Origin: Octopus sinensis
Lineage: Eukaryota
DNA: 6,885 nt
Reading direction: 5' to 3'
NCBI RefSeq assembly: GCF_006345805.1
Contig: NW_021829121.1
Span: 1 to 6,885 of the forward strand
Translations under genes and position numbers: made by a program
Shown: piece by piece, positions 5,971 through 6,885 of the stretch
How the letters are laid out: every line of letters begins with the position of its first letter
How positions within the stretch are numbered: position 1 is the first letter of the stretch
The notes under the pieces: generated by a model
What the model was told of the DNA's origin: nothing
Database searches by the model: none
The model's input: the letters and a program-made list of their open reading frames with translations, nothing else

Positions 5971-6341
5971 AATATGACAAATAATGAATATTTAAAAGAA
6001 ATTAACTCCCTATGAGCCTTTTCTAGTATGTATATGTTGCGTGTGACAATCGGAGGCCTTTAATTTTACTGTTACCAAAGGTATTTTTGAAATATCAGCT
6101 ACAATAAATGTAAAATTCTATCTCAGATATCGAATAGTCTTTCTCCTCTTAGCTTACAAACGCATTTTATTTTTTCATATGAACACACGCACACACAGTC
6201 CAACGCACAAATTAACACATGTACATACGCTTGTGTATGCTTTGAACTTATGAATACGTGTGACAATATGTTACGACCACTCTCTACAAACATTTTTAAT
6301 GTTTAACGACCCACGGCATAACAATGCTCATTTTCATCTAC

Positions 6342-6422
6342 AACATATATACATGTGTGTGTGTGTGCGTGTGTGTGTATGTGTGTGTGTATGTATGTAT
6401 ATATACACATATATACATATAT
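6342..6422. repeat. (TG)n/(TA)n compound microsatellite
   Basis: Seen directly. Confidence 0.92.
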
Positions 6423-6491
6423 AGGTGGTGCTATTAAGTTAGACATGGCCTGGGCCAATACTGGCCAAAACCTTTCCAAGTTATTCTAAGT

Positions 6492-6591
6492 TATATATAT
6501 ATACACACATATATGTATATATGTGCGTGTGTGTATATGTATACATATATGTAATATATGTATATATCTATATATATATATAACATATATG

Positions 6592-6637
<46 letters not shown>

Positions 6638-6718
6638 ATATATATATATATATATATATATACATACTATACACATATATATATACATATATAAATCTGT
6701 GTGTGTAAACATACATAC
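6492..6718. repeat. Long interrupted (TA)n microsatellite
   Basis: Seen directly; it explains the Y/I-rich ORFs 6523..6708 and 6558..6761. Confidence 0.96.
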
Positions 6719-6885
6719 AAGCAGGAAAAATGTGTCCTTTTTCTCTGTTGTCTTTATATGAAAGTGTCGTAGTTATTTTTTTGTGTTGTTAAGACATAGA
6801 TTGGTGGCGAATGCGGCTACTTCCAATGAATGAGTCGATTAACTGCTTCATTGTAATCGGCTTTCTCTATTATTGCATTTTGCTA

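Noticed and set aside
6799-6863. Two short imperfect hairpins near the right edge (ATTG-GTGGC/GCTAC-CAAT; AGTCGATTA/TAATCGGCT)
   Set aside because: Stems of 9 bp or less with G.U pairs and no recognisable RNA motif; the context is truncated by the window end.

Overview
Repeat-rich, non-coding eukaryotic DNA, most likely intronic or intergenic sequence from a cephalopod (Octopus-like). That assignment is an inference from microsatellite density and from SINE sequences resembling octopus families recalled from memory; no search was run. No protein-coding gene is supported: the supplied ORFs are mostly translations of (TG)n/(CA)n/(TA)n/(TATC)n tracts or lack any recognisable domain. Supported elements are a 376-bp non-autonomous Helitron (2402-2777, -), two divergent tRNA-derived SINEs (5488-5616, -; 5760-5970, +, with a 14-bp target-site duplication), a 214-bp near-perfect foldback (5066-5279), a CA-embedded minisatellite and many microsatellites. 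The main result is a structurally complete type I hammerhead ribozyme on the minus strand (4838-4914). It lies inside a ~244-bp unit bounded by inverted repeats (4800-5043) and next to the foldback. Two degenerate hammerhead-like motifs lie on the plus strand (3161-3205, 4282-4379). Structures were paired by hand and activity is untested.
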